This document shows positions 14,096-26,000 of a stretch of DNA of 64,000 nucleotides, piece after piece. How positions within the stretch are numbered: position 1 is the stretch's first letter; each line of letters begins with the position of its first letter. The notes beneath the pieces were generated by a model that saw only the letters and a program-made list of their open reading frames with translations, searched no databases and was not told the origin of the DNA. Source of the stretch: Octopus sinensis (lineage: Eukaryota); assembly GCF_006345805.1 (NCBI RefSeq), contig NC_043001.1, forward strand, positions 59,582,001 to 59,646,000, in the 5' to 3' direction. The translations under genes were made by a program, and so were the position numbers.

Positions 14096-14314
14096 ACATG
14101 GTGTGTTGAAAAGTTTCTGGTTTTGGGTACAAGAAAATGAAGGAGGATCAGTTAACTATGATTTTATTCAACATATCCCCCCTCTCAGTTTCACAGATGT
14201 AATTGAAGCATTCCTTCAGTTTATCTAAGGCCTGTCAAAGAACTTGGAAGTTTGGGCCTCCAACCAGGCATTTTGTGATACCCTTACAGCCTGAACTTTT
14301 CAGCACCTCCATGT
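14096..14314. mobile_element. Mariner-derived MITE (~220 bp)
   Basis: TIRs acatggtgtgttgaaaagtttc / gaacttttcagcacctccatgt, with TA on the left flank. Confidence 0.75.
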
Positions 14315-14659
14315 TCACCCAACAATAGCCTTCATAAGTTAAGTATTCATTCTTTCCAGCATCAATAATATTTTTGATAAATCTAATGGTGGATTTAAAA
14401 AGTAGACAATACATTTTATATTCTGATCTTCTCTTTCTTTGAAATTTGGTGTGTAGGTAATATCCATCCCCACTTTAATGTGGCTGTTCTATTAAAACAA
14501 ACCTTATTGCATTAGTTACCATGAAAGAAACTCTTGTATTGGTATTTTGGTGCAACATGCACTCTCTCTTGTTTTTATTGCTAACATGGAGGAAATGACC
14601 AAGACTTTTGTCATTATGTCTTGCTTGAGAAGACCCATCAAGCCAAGTAAAATTACAGT

Positions 14660-14910
14660 CATTGCAGATACTGATGTCACACAAATTGGAACCAATTCCA
14701 GGAGTATGTAAATGCATCCCAGTGTCACACAAATGGCACCCATGCTGGTGGCACATAAACACACCCATTACACTCTTGGAGCTTTGGCATTAGGAAGAGC
14801 ATCCAGCCATAGAAAACCATGTGAAGTCAGACTAGAGTCTGGTGCAGCATGCTAGTCCAGTCAAACCGTCCAACCTATACCAGCATGGACAACGGATGTT
14901 AAGTGATGCT
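14660..14910 (+). mobile_element. Older copy of the same SINE family (others at ~7758-7948, 9270-9460, 17130-17330, 17620-17890, 18650-18888)
   Basis: Shared ttaggaag(a/g)gcatccagc...ccaacc...gcatgga...gttaa-tgatgat motif. Confidence 0.75.
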
Positions 14911-17900
14911 GATGGAGTTAAATCCCTACCATTTCCATCACTGAGATCACTAGGTCACATGATTTCAACTTTGTTTAATCTTATCAATGATGAACACTCA
15001 GCTACTAGATGCATCAGCAATTCATCACCCCACCAGTGATATCTAGATTGACAGTGCAAGAACAGGCACTGATGTCATGATTAGTCAGTTAGCTGGTTAA
15101 AAAATAAATAATAGTGATACGAGAGGCAATGTTAATATGAAGAGATAATATTTATCCCCACTTAAACGGGGTTTTTCTAATAGAACAAATATTACTGTGG
15201 TAGTTACTATGAGAGAAACTCTCATATTAGCATTTTGATGCAAAATACACCATTGTTTATATTGATTGCAGGGAGATAAATACCCGCCGTTATAAGGAAC
15301 AGCAAATATTATGTTCTGACACATCATCCACCATAGTTGCACAACAAAAGATAGTTTAGTCTTTTTTGTGTAAAGAACAACAGATGAGTTTTCTATCATA
15401 ACATATCAAATATTTTACTTTATTCAAGTAAGTATCCTTCAGTTCTTACATTTCCATATTTCAATAATTTTTTTTACTATCACTCTGTACATGTTAAATT
15501 TATATTTGATAATTATATATCCTCATGTTCTCCATAAAATACACCATCTCAAAGATTCTCAAGATACCAATGAGTTACAGTGTAATGTATCCAAAAAACA
15601 AAAGACCATTGGTATTGCACAGTAAATATTCTTCATTCATCACATTGCCTGTCTTGATATAACCATTTTTCACTTACCCACTACATTTGCTCATTCGCCT
15701 TTTTACTTTCAAGTATTGCCCAATAATCAAAAACCAAATTATAGTACATCAACAGCAAGTCACAGGTAAGGATATCACATAGCATATAAATCAAATTACC
15801 AGTACAACCTAAGACAACTATTTATTAAATGACTTTTCCATTTGTTCTCTTTAAACAATTATCATATTGATACAGATTACAGTCATAGGCATCAGCAAAT
15901 ATATATAATTCTCCTAAATGACATTACAATGCTGGCATAGAAGAACAGACAATTGCATTCATAAAGTTAATTTTTCTGCTTTTCTGTTTATATCCACAAT
16001 GTCTCCTATTCTTCATTTATTGTCCTCACAAAGGTATAACCAAATTATACATCAAAATAAATATTGGATGATACAGTAACTACACCGCCCTGCAATGATA
16101 TCAACACTACACAAGACCATCAGTGAAATCAGAAATTCATCATAATATATAAACCAAATATCAGTTTGGGAAAAATGGAAAACAACAAACGCTAACAACA
16201 TTTATAATTCAGATAAATATGACTTGTTTGTTTCCAGTCACTTGGACAGCATATTCTTCTAAACAATCCAGAATAGAAAGTCACAAACATTTAAAAATTA
16301 CATTGCATAGACAACCAAAATAATCTTTGCAGGATTTACAATACTGAACCATACAGTTCTTTGCAAATAGACTTCAATAAAGTAAATCTCACTCTTTCTG
16401 TTATGCCTCAATGTTATTTTCCTGCTTACATTTCTCTTCCTTGCTCTTTCATTTGTTATTGATTACTTCTGTCCAATTTTTAAATTTAATTTTAAAACTT
16501 ACTTTTGCCAATTAATAATTGTTTTCAATTAGTATGCAAGAACAACACAATATGCAATCAACTTAGAGAAACATTGAAGCTGAAGATGTCTTATACATCC
16601 TAACAATAACAACACGGTCCTAAATAGATAAAAGGAACAAACTAATTTCCTGATATTTATTGCTGCTTCTAGTACATTTATTTCCTTTATTTCAGTCAAT
16701 CCACTGGAAAAGTAATTCCTTTGAATTTGTTCTATTTCATATTTTAGAAGTGACACATAACTAACAAATGATTGTGCATCATTTATAGCAACAATGTTTA
16801 CACATTAATCCATTCACATTTTTAACGAAAATAGTCCATGAAATCTACACAGTATTCATTAAAATTAGAACATATTCAATTCTCATTGATTTATCATTAC
16901 TGTAAATAGGCTCCCTTTTCATTAAGTCTCTTACACTCTACCTTTCCCTTAAAGAAAGGAAATTTTGCCAGCCTTTAATCATACAAATATATAAATATTC
17001 ACAGATGCAGGGCAAATACCCATAGGCTGAAATGAACAAGAAACAATTCAGATTATAATCAACTATAATGGATAAGTCTTCTTTTTCCAATAGAAAGAAT
17101 GCAAAATTCAACTAACACTTTTGCCATGCTCGAGAAGACCCATCCATCATAGCAGAATTCCAGAGCAGAAATTATATCTTAAAACCACATTGGTATGCTT
17201 TTATATACCAGGCCCTGTACAACCTCCAACACTCACCAGTTCTGTTTATGCTACTGCAGTAACCACCTGAAAGCAGAATATGCACATGTGCCAGCGTGGA
17301 AGGTGTATGTTAAATGATGATGATGATAATGAGCATATACCCACTGTTTGGGACATTCCTGCCTCCCCAGTAGAATCAATTCCACTTCCATTTCTCTTTA
17401 TCTCCCATCCTCACATGAAATAGCCATGTCTCCCTGTCTTCCACTCTAACCCTCTCTCTCTTTCTAGCCTCATTTTCTTAACTGGGTTACCATGTATCTC
17501 CTTCACAGCAAGACATCTCTATTCCTCTAATATACTATAACCTCTCCCCAACTTACGAAGTTTTGGTCTTGAAAGTTACTTGGAGACTAACTGGGGATGA
17601 TGCTATGTAAAATGTATGTGCCAAAAAGCTGATGCTGGTACCAAGCTAAAAGCACCCTGTGGACTCTGTAAAGTCTAGCCAAAGAAACTATTCCACTGTA
17701 CTGGTGTTACATTAAAAGCACTTGATACACACTGTAAAGTGTTGGGGATTAGGAAGAGTATCCAAATGTATAAGCCATGCCAAAACAGACATTGAGGTTT
17801 GGCATAGTCTTCTGTCTTGCCAGCCCCTGTCAAACTGTCCAACCTCGGCAACATGAAAACTCGATGTTAAATAATGACAGTGATTATGACTTAAATAGAG

Positions 17901-18409
17901 GAAGGACAAGTTACATAACAGTGAAATTGCACTTATGCAATAACTTTCTTAAAATATCCACCCCAATGAAAGACAAAAATATCTGAAAACAAATATTCAT
18001 ACAGGTACATATATTTCTTTTACTTTAACTCCATTAAATTTTACATTATATCAATTAAACAGTTTCTTTCAAAACTAGAATTACTTCATTTATATTCATT
18101 AATAATTTCAGCTGGCAAATAAGTATTTATCTAGTAACATAAAGAAAAACAATACAGATCCATCACAACCATTATGGAGATACCAGACTTTCAGAGATAA
18201 CAACCTGAGAGGATTTTCCAATAAAACAAATGTACCTCATGGATGTACTAAAATATCAGGAATAATCTAAGGTATTAGATAACAATAGTTGCTTTCACAA
18301 TAAATATTTTCAGTAATAATTGCATTGTACTTTGGTAATATACAGAGCACTACTTTCAATAGCGACCTCATTTCCCTTAAACAACACCTAAAGTGTGAAA
18401 CAAATGTCT

Positions 18410-18486
18410 TCAGAGACTCAACACAAGCTGCTCGTCATTCAACACTGCTCCCACCTTTATGCCATATCGATACTTAGACATACACA
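18410..18486 (-). CDS. Candidate terminal exon (VCMSKYRYGIKVGAVLNDEQLVLSL*)
   Basis: Acceptor atattccttag| joins the 19003-19098 exon in phase 1 and ends at TGA 18410. Confidence 0.35.
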
Positions 18487-18583
18487 CTAAGGAATATATA
18501 TACAATGATATCAAATCAATGCAAAACACTATTTTAAAGATAGTGTTTGCCAAGTGTGTGTATGCATATATATATATATAAAT

Positions 18584-18621
<38 letters not shown>

Positions 18622-19002
18622 ATTACATATGTATATATTGTCCTTTCAGGTGATAGTGCCACTCAAAAATTCCCAGTGCAGTGTTATCTGACCCATGATA
18701 GTGACATTTGAAAAGCACCCGGCATACCCTGTTAAACAGTTGACATTAGGAAGGGCATCCAGTCATAGAAACCATGCTACAACAGACAGTTGGGGTTGAA
18801 ATAGCTCCCTGCTAGCCAGTGCCTTGTCAAGGAATCCAACCCACGTGAGCATGGAGACCAGATATTAAAAAACGATGAGCAGGATGAAATATGCATAAAC
18901 ATATATATATACATACACACATATATATATATTGTTACTATTATGCAAAACTGTTAAAAGTTCAAAACATTGCTTTTTCAGAAAACGGGAAAATAGTTTC
19001 AC

Positions 19003-19098
19003 CATTCCATAGCAAATCCGTTGTACTACGCTTTGACAATTTTGATATCTTAGCATCTGAAGCGGCTGAAGATATGATAGTTTGACCAAAAGGACGTA
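19003..19098 (-). CDS. Candidate downstream exon (RPFGQTIISSAASDAKISKLSKRSTTDLLWN in phase 1)
   Basis: Acceptor gctcgcaatag| and donor ATG|gtgaaa bound 96 nt that are locally richer in GC and CpG than the flanks. Two frames are open, so the frame is unresolved. Confidence 0.35.
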
Positions 19099-19183
19099 CT
19101 ATTGCGAGCAAAAATAAATATTGAAAAATAATGCATTTGATCAAATTTGGACATACCACAGTTTAAGATAACAATGATATGCA

Positions 19184-19216
<33 letters not shown>

Positions 19217-19225
19217 GTCTATCTG

Positions 19226-19312
<87 letters not shown>

Positions 19313-19313
19313 C

Positions 19314-19355
<42 letters not shown>
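19184..19355. repeat. (ATCT)n followed by (GT)n microsatellite
   Basis: Direct reading. A second (ATCT)n/(ACAT)n tract lies at about 20297-20500. Confidence 0.97.
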
Positions 19356-19357
<2 letters not shown>

Positions 19358-19874
19358 TGTGAGCAGAGTTGATCCAAAAAGCTAGTCTTCTGTATCTGCC
19401 TTGATTTCTAAAGGTACAATAGTACTATGCAATATATATGAATTTTTTTTAGGTGTGGGCCTTCGTTCTTTGTTTCAGACATGACTATTCTATCATATTT
19501 GTCTATTCAAGGAAACTGTAACACTTGAAGCTTTTAGTGTGGGGTTTGTACACAGTGCGACAAGATTTTAAAAACTTATATTAAAAGAATTCTGTTACAT
19601 GAGGGTTAATTCCACCAGTCTGAAGAACTATAACTGGTTTTGACTAAGAAAGAGCATAAACAATAATCATGAACAAAATATGCCTATTTGTGACAGATGA
19701 TCTGAAAGTAATCTTATGTTAGAAATCAGAATTTAATTTCAATAAGCAGCATAAATTTGGCAATTTTAAAGAGATTTTAATGTTGGTAGATTTACTTTTA
19801 GCAACAAACAAATTTATTACTGCATTTAACAGAAAAATAACAATTACATTGAAGATTCCCTCCCTCACAAAACG

Positions 19875-20069
19875 TCACTGTCTTCCCTTTAAAAGAAAGC
19901 TGAACATTGATGGATGACATTTCCTTTCAGGGGTAGGTTGCCTTGTGATTTTATTTAACCTTTTTGACAGACTGCTTGTAATATAACCCTGACACTTGTC
20001 TTTGGCATTCAAATCAAGATAGTAGAATTCAATAGTTTCTTTCAGAGTGGTATTTAGAAAAATGTTAAA
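19875..20069 (-). CDS. Exon 5 (FNIFLNTTLKETIEFYYLDLNAKDKCQG...); 3' boundary uncertain
   Basis: Phase-0 acceptor gtttctaag| continues exon 4 in frame. The ORF runs to TGA at 19875 (KGRQ*) with AATAAA about 60 nt downstream, or it may splice out at a weak internal GT donor. Confidence 0.5.
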   Translation of the reverse strand, partial: FNIFLNTTLKETIEFYYLDLNAKDKCQGYITSSLSKRLNKITRQPTPERKCHPSMFSFLLKGRQ

Positions 20070-20296
20070 CTTAGAAACATGAAACAAAATCACAATGATA
20101 TTGAACTCAGCAGTAACAGCATGAAAACTAATAAAAAATAGGTTCAACAATTTTGATAAAGACAACAATAATAAACATCTTATCTTGGAAATATATTAAG
20201 AATTGCAAATGTTCACTGAGATGAGAAGTTCTTGTTGAACTCTCATATTCTCTAACTATTTCACATTTATTCTAACTTCTTTGTGTGCACACACAC

Positions 20297-20329
<33 letters not shown>

Positions 20330-20330
20330 A

Positions 20331-20421
<91 letters not shown>

Positions 20422-20554
20422 CCTACACACCTACCTATCTATGTACCTACATACATACATATATACATACATACATACATACATACATGCATACACACAT
20501 GCATATTGTTTTCATATTGACCTCTACCGATGTGTGATGTTTCAATAAACTTAC

Positions 20555-20669
20555 ACTTCTTGACAAAAGTGGTACTTCTAAATTCATTGGCCCATTTAGA
20601 ATTATACATCGTCCCATAATATTTACTTTTATTTCACAACATACTTTAATTTTATTCATAAATGTAGAC
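20555..20669 (-). CDS. Exon 4 (STFMNKIKVCCEIKVNIMGRCIILNGPMNLEVPLLSRS)
   Basis: Acceptor ttcaaacag| and donor AGT|gtaagt bound 115 nt, phase 2 to 0, open frame. Confidence 0.65.
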
Positions 20670-21660
20670 CTGTTTGAAGTTCATTCAAGCAAATTATGTG
20701 TTAGAAATATAATGTTATCGATCAGAGTATGGATGTTTGATTTTTTAAAGTATTATCTTCAGAAAATTGACTGGATATATTATGTTTTTTCAAAATCTCA
20801 AAATAAATTGATATGAAATTATACTGATTTGAAATTTGTAATTCTATTATTAATAACTAGCAGGACCCATGAATATTTCATTGAATTAATGATAAACCTA
20901 TTAGGTTATTTCTGAAAACTTTATCTGAAAAACCTGAAAGTTTAGCCTGTGTTGTGTGAGTATGAAAAGATAGTTGCTCATCTGCTACTCATTGAAAAGT
21001 GAAAGAAATTGGAATATGATGATTACTTCATGCAATTTATATATACACTTTATATACTTTATGCACAATTTTATACACTTAATACACAGTAATCATAAAA
21101 TAAATATTCACTATTATTTTTCCATTTTCCCCATAAATAAAAGAAAAACATATATCCCATACATGTGATACAACCTTTAGTTAAATTGTATATTTCTACC
21201 ACATTAATAAGTGTGAATATTTCACAGAATTGCTCTTATGCACATGCGTTAAGTGATAGGTGATATAAAAACAGTTCAATTTAAAAAAAAACACACTTTC
21301 CACTATCCAATCACCACCTCTCTCTCTATCCATCCTCTCCCCTCTCTCTCTCTCTCCATTCTCTCCCCTCTCTCTTTCCTCTCTCTCTCTCACTCTCTGC
21401 CTTTCATTAATCTCACCATCAGAAATCACCCGTCTGCTAAAATTATATTTTTAACTCTTCTCTAACTTCAACAAGCTTTTTAAAGCACATAATGAATATT
21501 ACGTTTCTCTCTCCCTCTTCCTGTCTCACTCATCACCTTATTCTCTTTTCTTCTCTCCTTTTTCTTTCTGCTCTCTTTCTCTTCAGCTAATCCCGTGAAA
21601 GCGTTACAATTATATTCCCTCTACCTAATATTAGTAATATAAGGCTACATATTTCTGTAC

Positions 21661-21790
21661 TTATTCCAGATCTTTTGAACCATTGTTCTTCTTACAATAT
21701 CCTTTGCTTTATCTCTCATATATTGCAAGTTGTTGGACATGTAATGATATTTTTACGTTGCTTTTTTTATTTTTTCGGCCGTGGTCCCCC
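21661..21790 (-). CDS. Anomalous exon 3 (...KYHYMSNNLQYMRDKAKDIVRRTMVQKIWN)
   Basis: Donor AATAA|gtacag gives phase 2, which exon 4 requires. No AG acceptor is visible (a T-run followed by a G-run instead) and there is an in-frame TAA at 21753-21755. The 5' boundary is approximate. Confidence 0.4.
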
Positions 21791-21842
21791 CCCCCCCAAA
21801 AAAAATTTCATTATGAAGTTAATGTGTGTGTTTTATTTTTAC

Positions 21843-21938
21843 CTTATCTGCAGAGAAACAGTTCATAATTTCTTCATGTCCATTTAATATTCTAATCAGT
21901 TTCACTTTACATGCTTTCAGAAATTTCTCCTTGCTGTG
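21843..21938 (-). CDS. Exon 2 (HSKEKFLKACKVKLIRILNGHEEIMNCFSADK)
   Basis: Acceptor attaacag| and donor AAG|gtaaaa bound 96 nt, phase 0 to 0, open in frame with exon 1. Confidence 0.65.
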
Positions 21939-22124
21939 CTGTTAATTTGTAATAGTACTATATTTCTATGACACTATGTTGCCTCTGTAAGATGGAATGC
22001 ATAACTGAGTTTTTTCGATCTTTGCCTATGTTCTAAGGGCTTCTTCCAGAGCTATTATAATTAGTGTTTCTGTCTCTCATTTCAAGTCCTCGTCCATTAA
22101 CGAGAGACAACGATCTTTACTTAC

Positions 22125-22139
22125 AATATACTTTTCCAT
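22125..22139 (-). CDS. Exon 1 (coding part, MEKYI) of an uncharacterised spliced gene
   Basis: Minus strand reads aacaaacaaATGGAAAAGTATATT|gtaagt. The donor is consensus, the start context is A-rich, there is an in-frame TAA upstream, and phase 0 matches the next exon. Confidence 0.65.
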
Positions 22140-22369
22140 TTGTTTGTTCTGTTGTTCTTGAATTTACAGACTGTTTCGGTCACTATTTGGTATCTGTACC
22201 CGCCGAAAATATTCTTTCTTTACTCTGCACAACATACATTTTCAGACCCAGTATTGCAGTATTAAATGTCTTGAATGTTTAAGAATCCCTTGCTCCCTTT
22301 ATTACATGGTAGGTATTGCTTATAGGGTGGAGTACATTGTTTCAGTTGTTTTCAAGTTCTGTAGTTGAA

Positions 22370-23070
22370 CCTTTGTTCATGTCAGAAAGGGTACAGGCGT
22401 CTTTACGCTTGCATTATCGGCAGCTCCCAAACGATACCTTCGTAATATTTTAGGTGTTCATTGGAATACATATACGCCTGGTTCTGAAATACTTAAAAAT
22501 ATGGACATAGTGAACATTGAAGCTCACATCCATAACACAGACTGCAGTGAATAAACCATCTCATTCGACTAGATGACACAAGAAACCCAAAGCAAATCCT
22601 TTATCTTGTACAAGATCAAAGCTGAAGCCCAAATTGTATTCTTAGGATTTTGTGAGAGATTCCCTCAGTTCTAGATTAAAATAGCTGACTGGGATTCTTC
22701 AGTGCTGGACAGAAGTAATAAGCGCACAGAAATGACCCAGTTATATAATGACGTTTCGGGAATCTTGAATGGGCTGATTTAAATCGAGCAGCCAAGAAAA
22801 GAAAACCTGTTGGTGTAATAGTCACACATATTGAGTGTGATGAATGTGGACAAGTTTGACTCTCCAGAGCTGGCCTCAAAAGTGACCAACGCAAAAACGT
22901 TGAAATGCTCCAAGTTGAATACAATCAATTTCCAGCAGTTAATCTGTTATGTGATCTATGTGGCAGGGAATTCTCCAACCGATATGGACTCACCAGAAAT
23001 ATGAAAGTGGGTAATCAAGTTGTTGTAACACATGATTGTAAGATGAAAATGAACAACGCATCTGGAAGCA
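22370..23070 (+). mobile_element. RTE-type LINE 3' fragment with two C2H2-like fingers
   Basis: RYLRNILGVHW...NHLIRLDDTRNPKQILY, then IECDECGQV*LSRAGLKS and LCDLCGREFSNRYGLTRNM. Degenerate. Confidence 0.75.
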
Positions 23071-26000
23071 AAAAGGCAAGTCACTTGCTAACTTTCAAAA
23101 CCAATGTAGGTTCCGTCATCACTGAAAAAAGAAATGAAAGTAAAAAAGCAAAAACGGCAATTTGTCAGTGATGGTCATGTGTATCTAACGAGTTGACAGC
23201 CGTCATGTATCTACGTTTGTGTTTGTATGTATGAATGTATGCTTTTGTGTGTAAATGACTGTGCGTGAATGTTTGTGTTAAAAAACACTGCGTGGCTGCA
23301 TTTACCAAATGTTTAATCCAAACCACAATTTATTCTGTAAACTAAGAAATGAGTCAGAGAATATTTGAATGGTTTTCACCAAAATACACCTCTTTCTCTC
23401 TTTACTCTTCCGTGATAAGTTCGTGAAAAGCAGTCTTTGATATTTGATATTGCTCATATACTCTAAATTGGAAGGAAATATATGCAAAGTGATATTTATT
23501 CTATGAATGCAGACACATGCATTTATCTCTCGCTCTTTCTCTCTCTCTCTACATACATACATACAAATATGAGGCAAAACAGCTCTTAGCCATGATAAAG
23601 CACTTATCTTAAGACAGATAAGGCAGGCAAGCTCCCTACAGCATCTGGGGCATAGCCAGATCACCAGTGATTTCGCATTTTTATTAATGCCGAATTTGTT
23701 AGATGCGCATGACTACAAGCAGGATAGCGCTAATTTCCTGAAAATTTTAAGCAGTTAATTTGTGGTACGAATTTGCGTATATGTATACTTGAAGTCCGTT
23801 GAATGTCCTCGTTTAATTCACAAAATTTAAAGTTACGACACGTGCATTGTATGATAGACAAATAATTAAGCAGCAACGCCGTACAGTTTTAGTTTTTGTT
23901 GATCACTGTAAATGCTGAACCATTCTGCAGGTAGTTGGTGTTAGGATTTTTCAAATGAGGAAAGAAATACCTACGAAAAATTAACCATAAATATACCACT
24001 CAAAATAATTAATTATAGTAGTATTTTGTTTCAGGCTATTTTGTTCTGTTGCATATATAACAGATTTTATCCAACGTTGCATATAATCGTCTTCAATTCG
24101 TATACTAGATCTTCATGGATAGAAAATGACGTGTACTTGGGTTTCATCAGTGACTGCTTTCTATGAGTTTAAATAAATATGATAAATCTAGCTAGATATT
24201 ACGTCACCTTCGTAGTCAACAGCTCAATGTATAGTTTCTGATACGCTAGCAGTGTTCAGTTTTAAAATCATGATGCATATTGAACATCTATAGGTTTTAG
24301 CCTGCACTATTTGAAATAGATTATAGCAGAGTTGTTTTCATGTGCAATAACTTGTTAACAAAAATAAAGAGAAATTAAAGAGACTTGTTAAGATCCAGTG
24401 TTAAGATTGAAAACATTAAAGAGAATACGCAACCAATCATCAAAGCAGAATGCCACTTGCAGTAAGACCCCATTTTCCAACAACACATAAACATCCACAG
24501 AAGTTCCAACAGCTTATTGCTGCTGCATTTGAAACATTGTCCTTATTTTAAATATTTCTCTATCAACGATAATCACTCAAACAGTTCCACCCCTAGAAAC
24601 ATCCATTGCAATACGCGAAATTGTTTACTTCATAATCGTACTTCTCTAAACATTTGATATGAATTAACTATAACTAGCGTCAGATGATGTCAAGGTAAAT
24701 TACTTATAACTAATAGCGAATGTTTCTATGATCCGACAAAAGATATTAAACTCTATCATTTGGGTACTACAAGAAATAATGTATCTGAACATATCTCCGC
24801 GACCTAGAAGTATGTGGACAAAGCCAGCCAGTATACAAGAGGGCGTAAAAATTGCAGAGTATGCATTAGGGAAAAGTCCTGGGTTCAGAAAGATTTACTG
24901 ATAATGATGAAATTTATTCGATTTATTATCTCTCTGCAGTCAAAACAAAATATGCATGTCACTGGTTTCTGCCTGAGTTGAGCCTTTCAAATGTTCAAGT
25001 TAAGCTAGATTTCTGTCCGCGGTAGCGTCAGCTTGCAGTAACAACATCACTCAATATGTTGCGTAAAATCCTCTCATCGTACTGATTCTCATAAAGCGTA
25101 ATGGACCCAAACGTTACTTTCTTGGCGATCTGCATTCACACATTTTGTTAATTTGGCCAATTAAATATTTCTAGATGTTCTTGAGCTTAGCCAAGCAAAT
25201 TGGGAGAAATGCACAAGTGAGAATTTGTGGGATGTATATCTTGTTACTTCGTATTAAATTTTTTTTTCTTTCAGCAACAGGTATAGATAGGATTATGTCA
25301 CACAGGTTTCCTAGCAAGGAATCGCTAATGGCAAGATGTGACTGAGGCGATTCGGGAGTATTATATCATGTACTGAGAAGTTGGAAGTACCTTTATGACT
25401 GTCAAATGAACCACAGCTAAATTTTTTTTTTTTTTTACAGCTGAATGACTATAGAATCCTCGATTTGAGGGACAATGGTACCGGTTCCAATGACAGTTTT
25501 CATTGCTATAAGCACAGATTTTGGTGGGATTGACATGTATACTAAGCGGTGGCATTTTTGCGCATTTATCTGTTGAAAATCTGCACTAGTTTAACAGTAG
25601 ATTATCCATATATGTCAGTTGTTTGTGTTCAGAAAGGTTTTAACAGTATCCAACATAACTTTTTCGCGTTGCTTCACTTTCTGTGACACTTGTATCTGCT
25701 GTGAGAATGGGTAAATCTCCTACGAGAATCCTGTCAAAAAACTTTCTTATATAATGTGTGTCAGCAGAGATTTGTGTCACCCGAGCTATTACTTTCTGCC
25801 TCACTGAGAACGTTTATATGAACATAAAGCGTCAATTTTGACTGTGATTTGTGTGTTACTTTCACCAAATTAATACTGGAGATATCTACTTGGATGGCCA
25901 GTTATGTCAGCTGCAGATGTTTACTGAGCCACTTTTAGAGAAACCCAGCTTTTCTCTATACCATGAGCGAAAGATTTTTTATTTAGTAATTTCAAAGATG

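Noticed and set aside
16529-16756. Coding-looking ORF (YVSLLKYEIEQIQRNYFSSGLTEIKEIN)
   Set aside because: It has a plausible acceptor, but I could not link it in phase to the gene model and the donor is weak. Left unresolved.
19595-19650. Possible 45-nt exon SKPVIVLQTGGINPH
   Set aside because: It needs a phase-0 donor in exon 5, and none is present.
25380-26000. Possible piggyBac-like remnant (YMDN-like motif on the minus strand)
   Set aside because: It is too degenerate and the motif order could not be confirmed.
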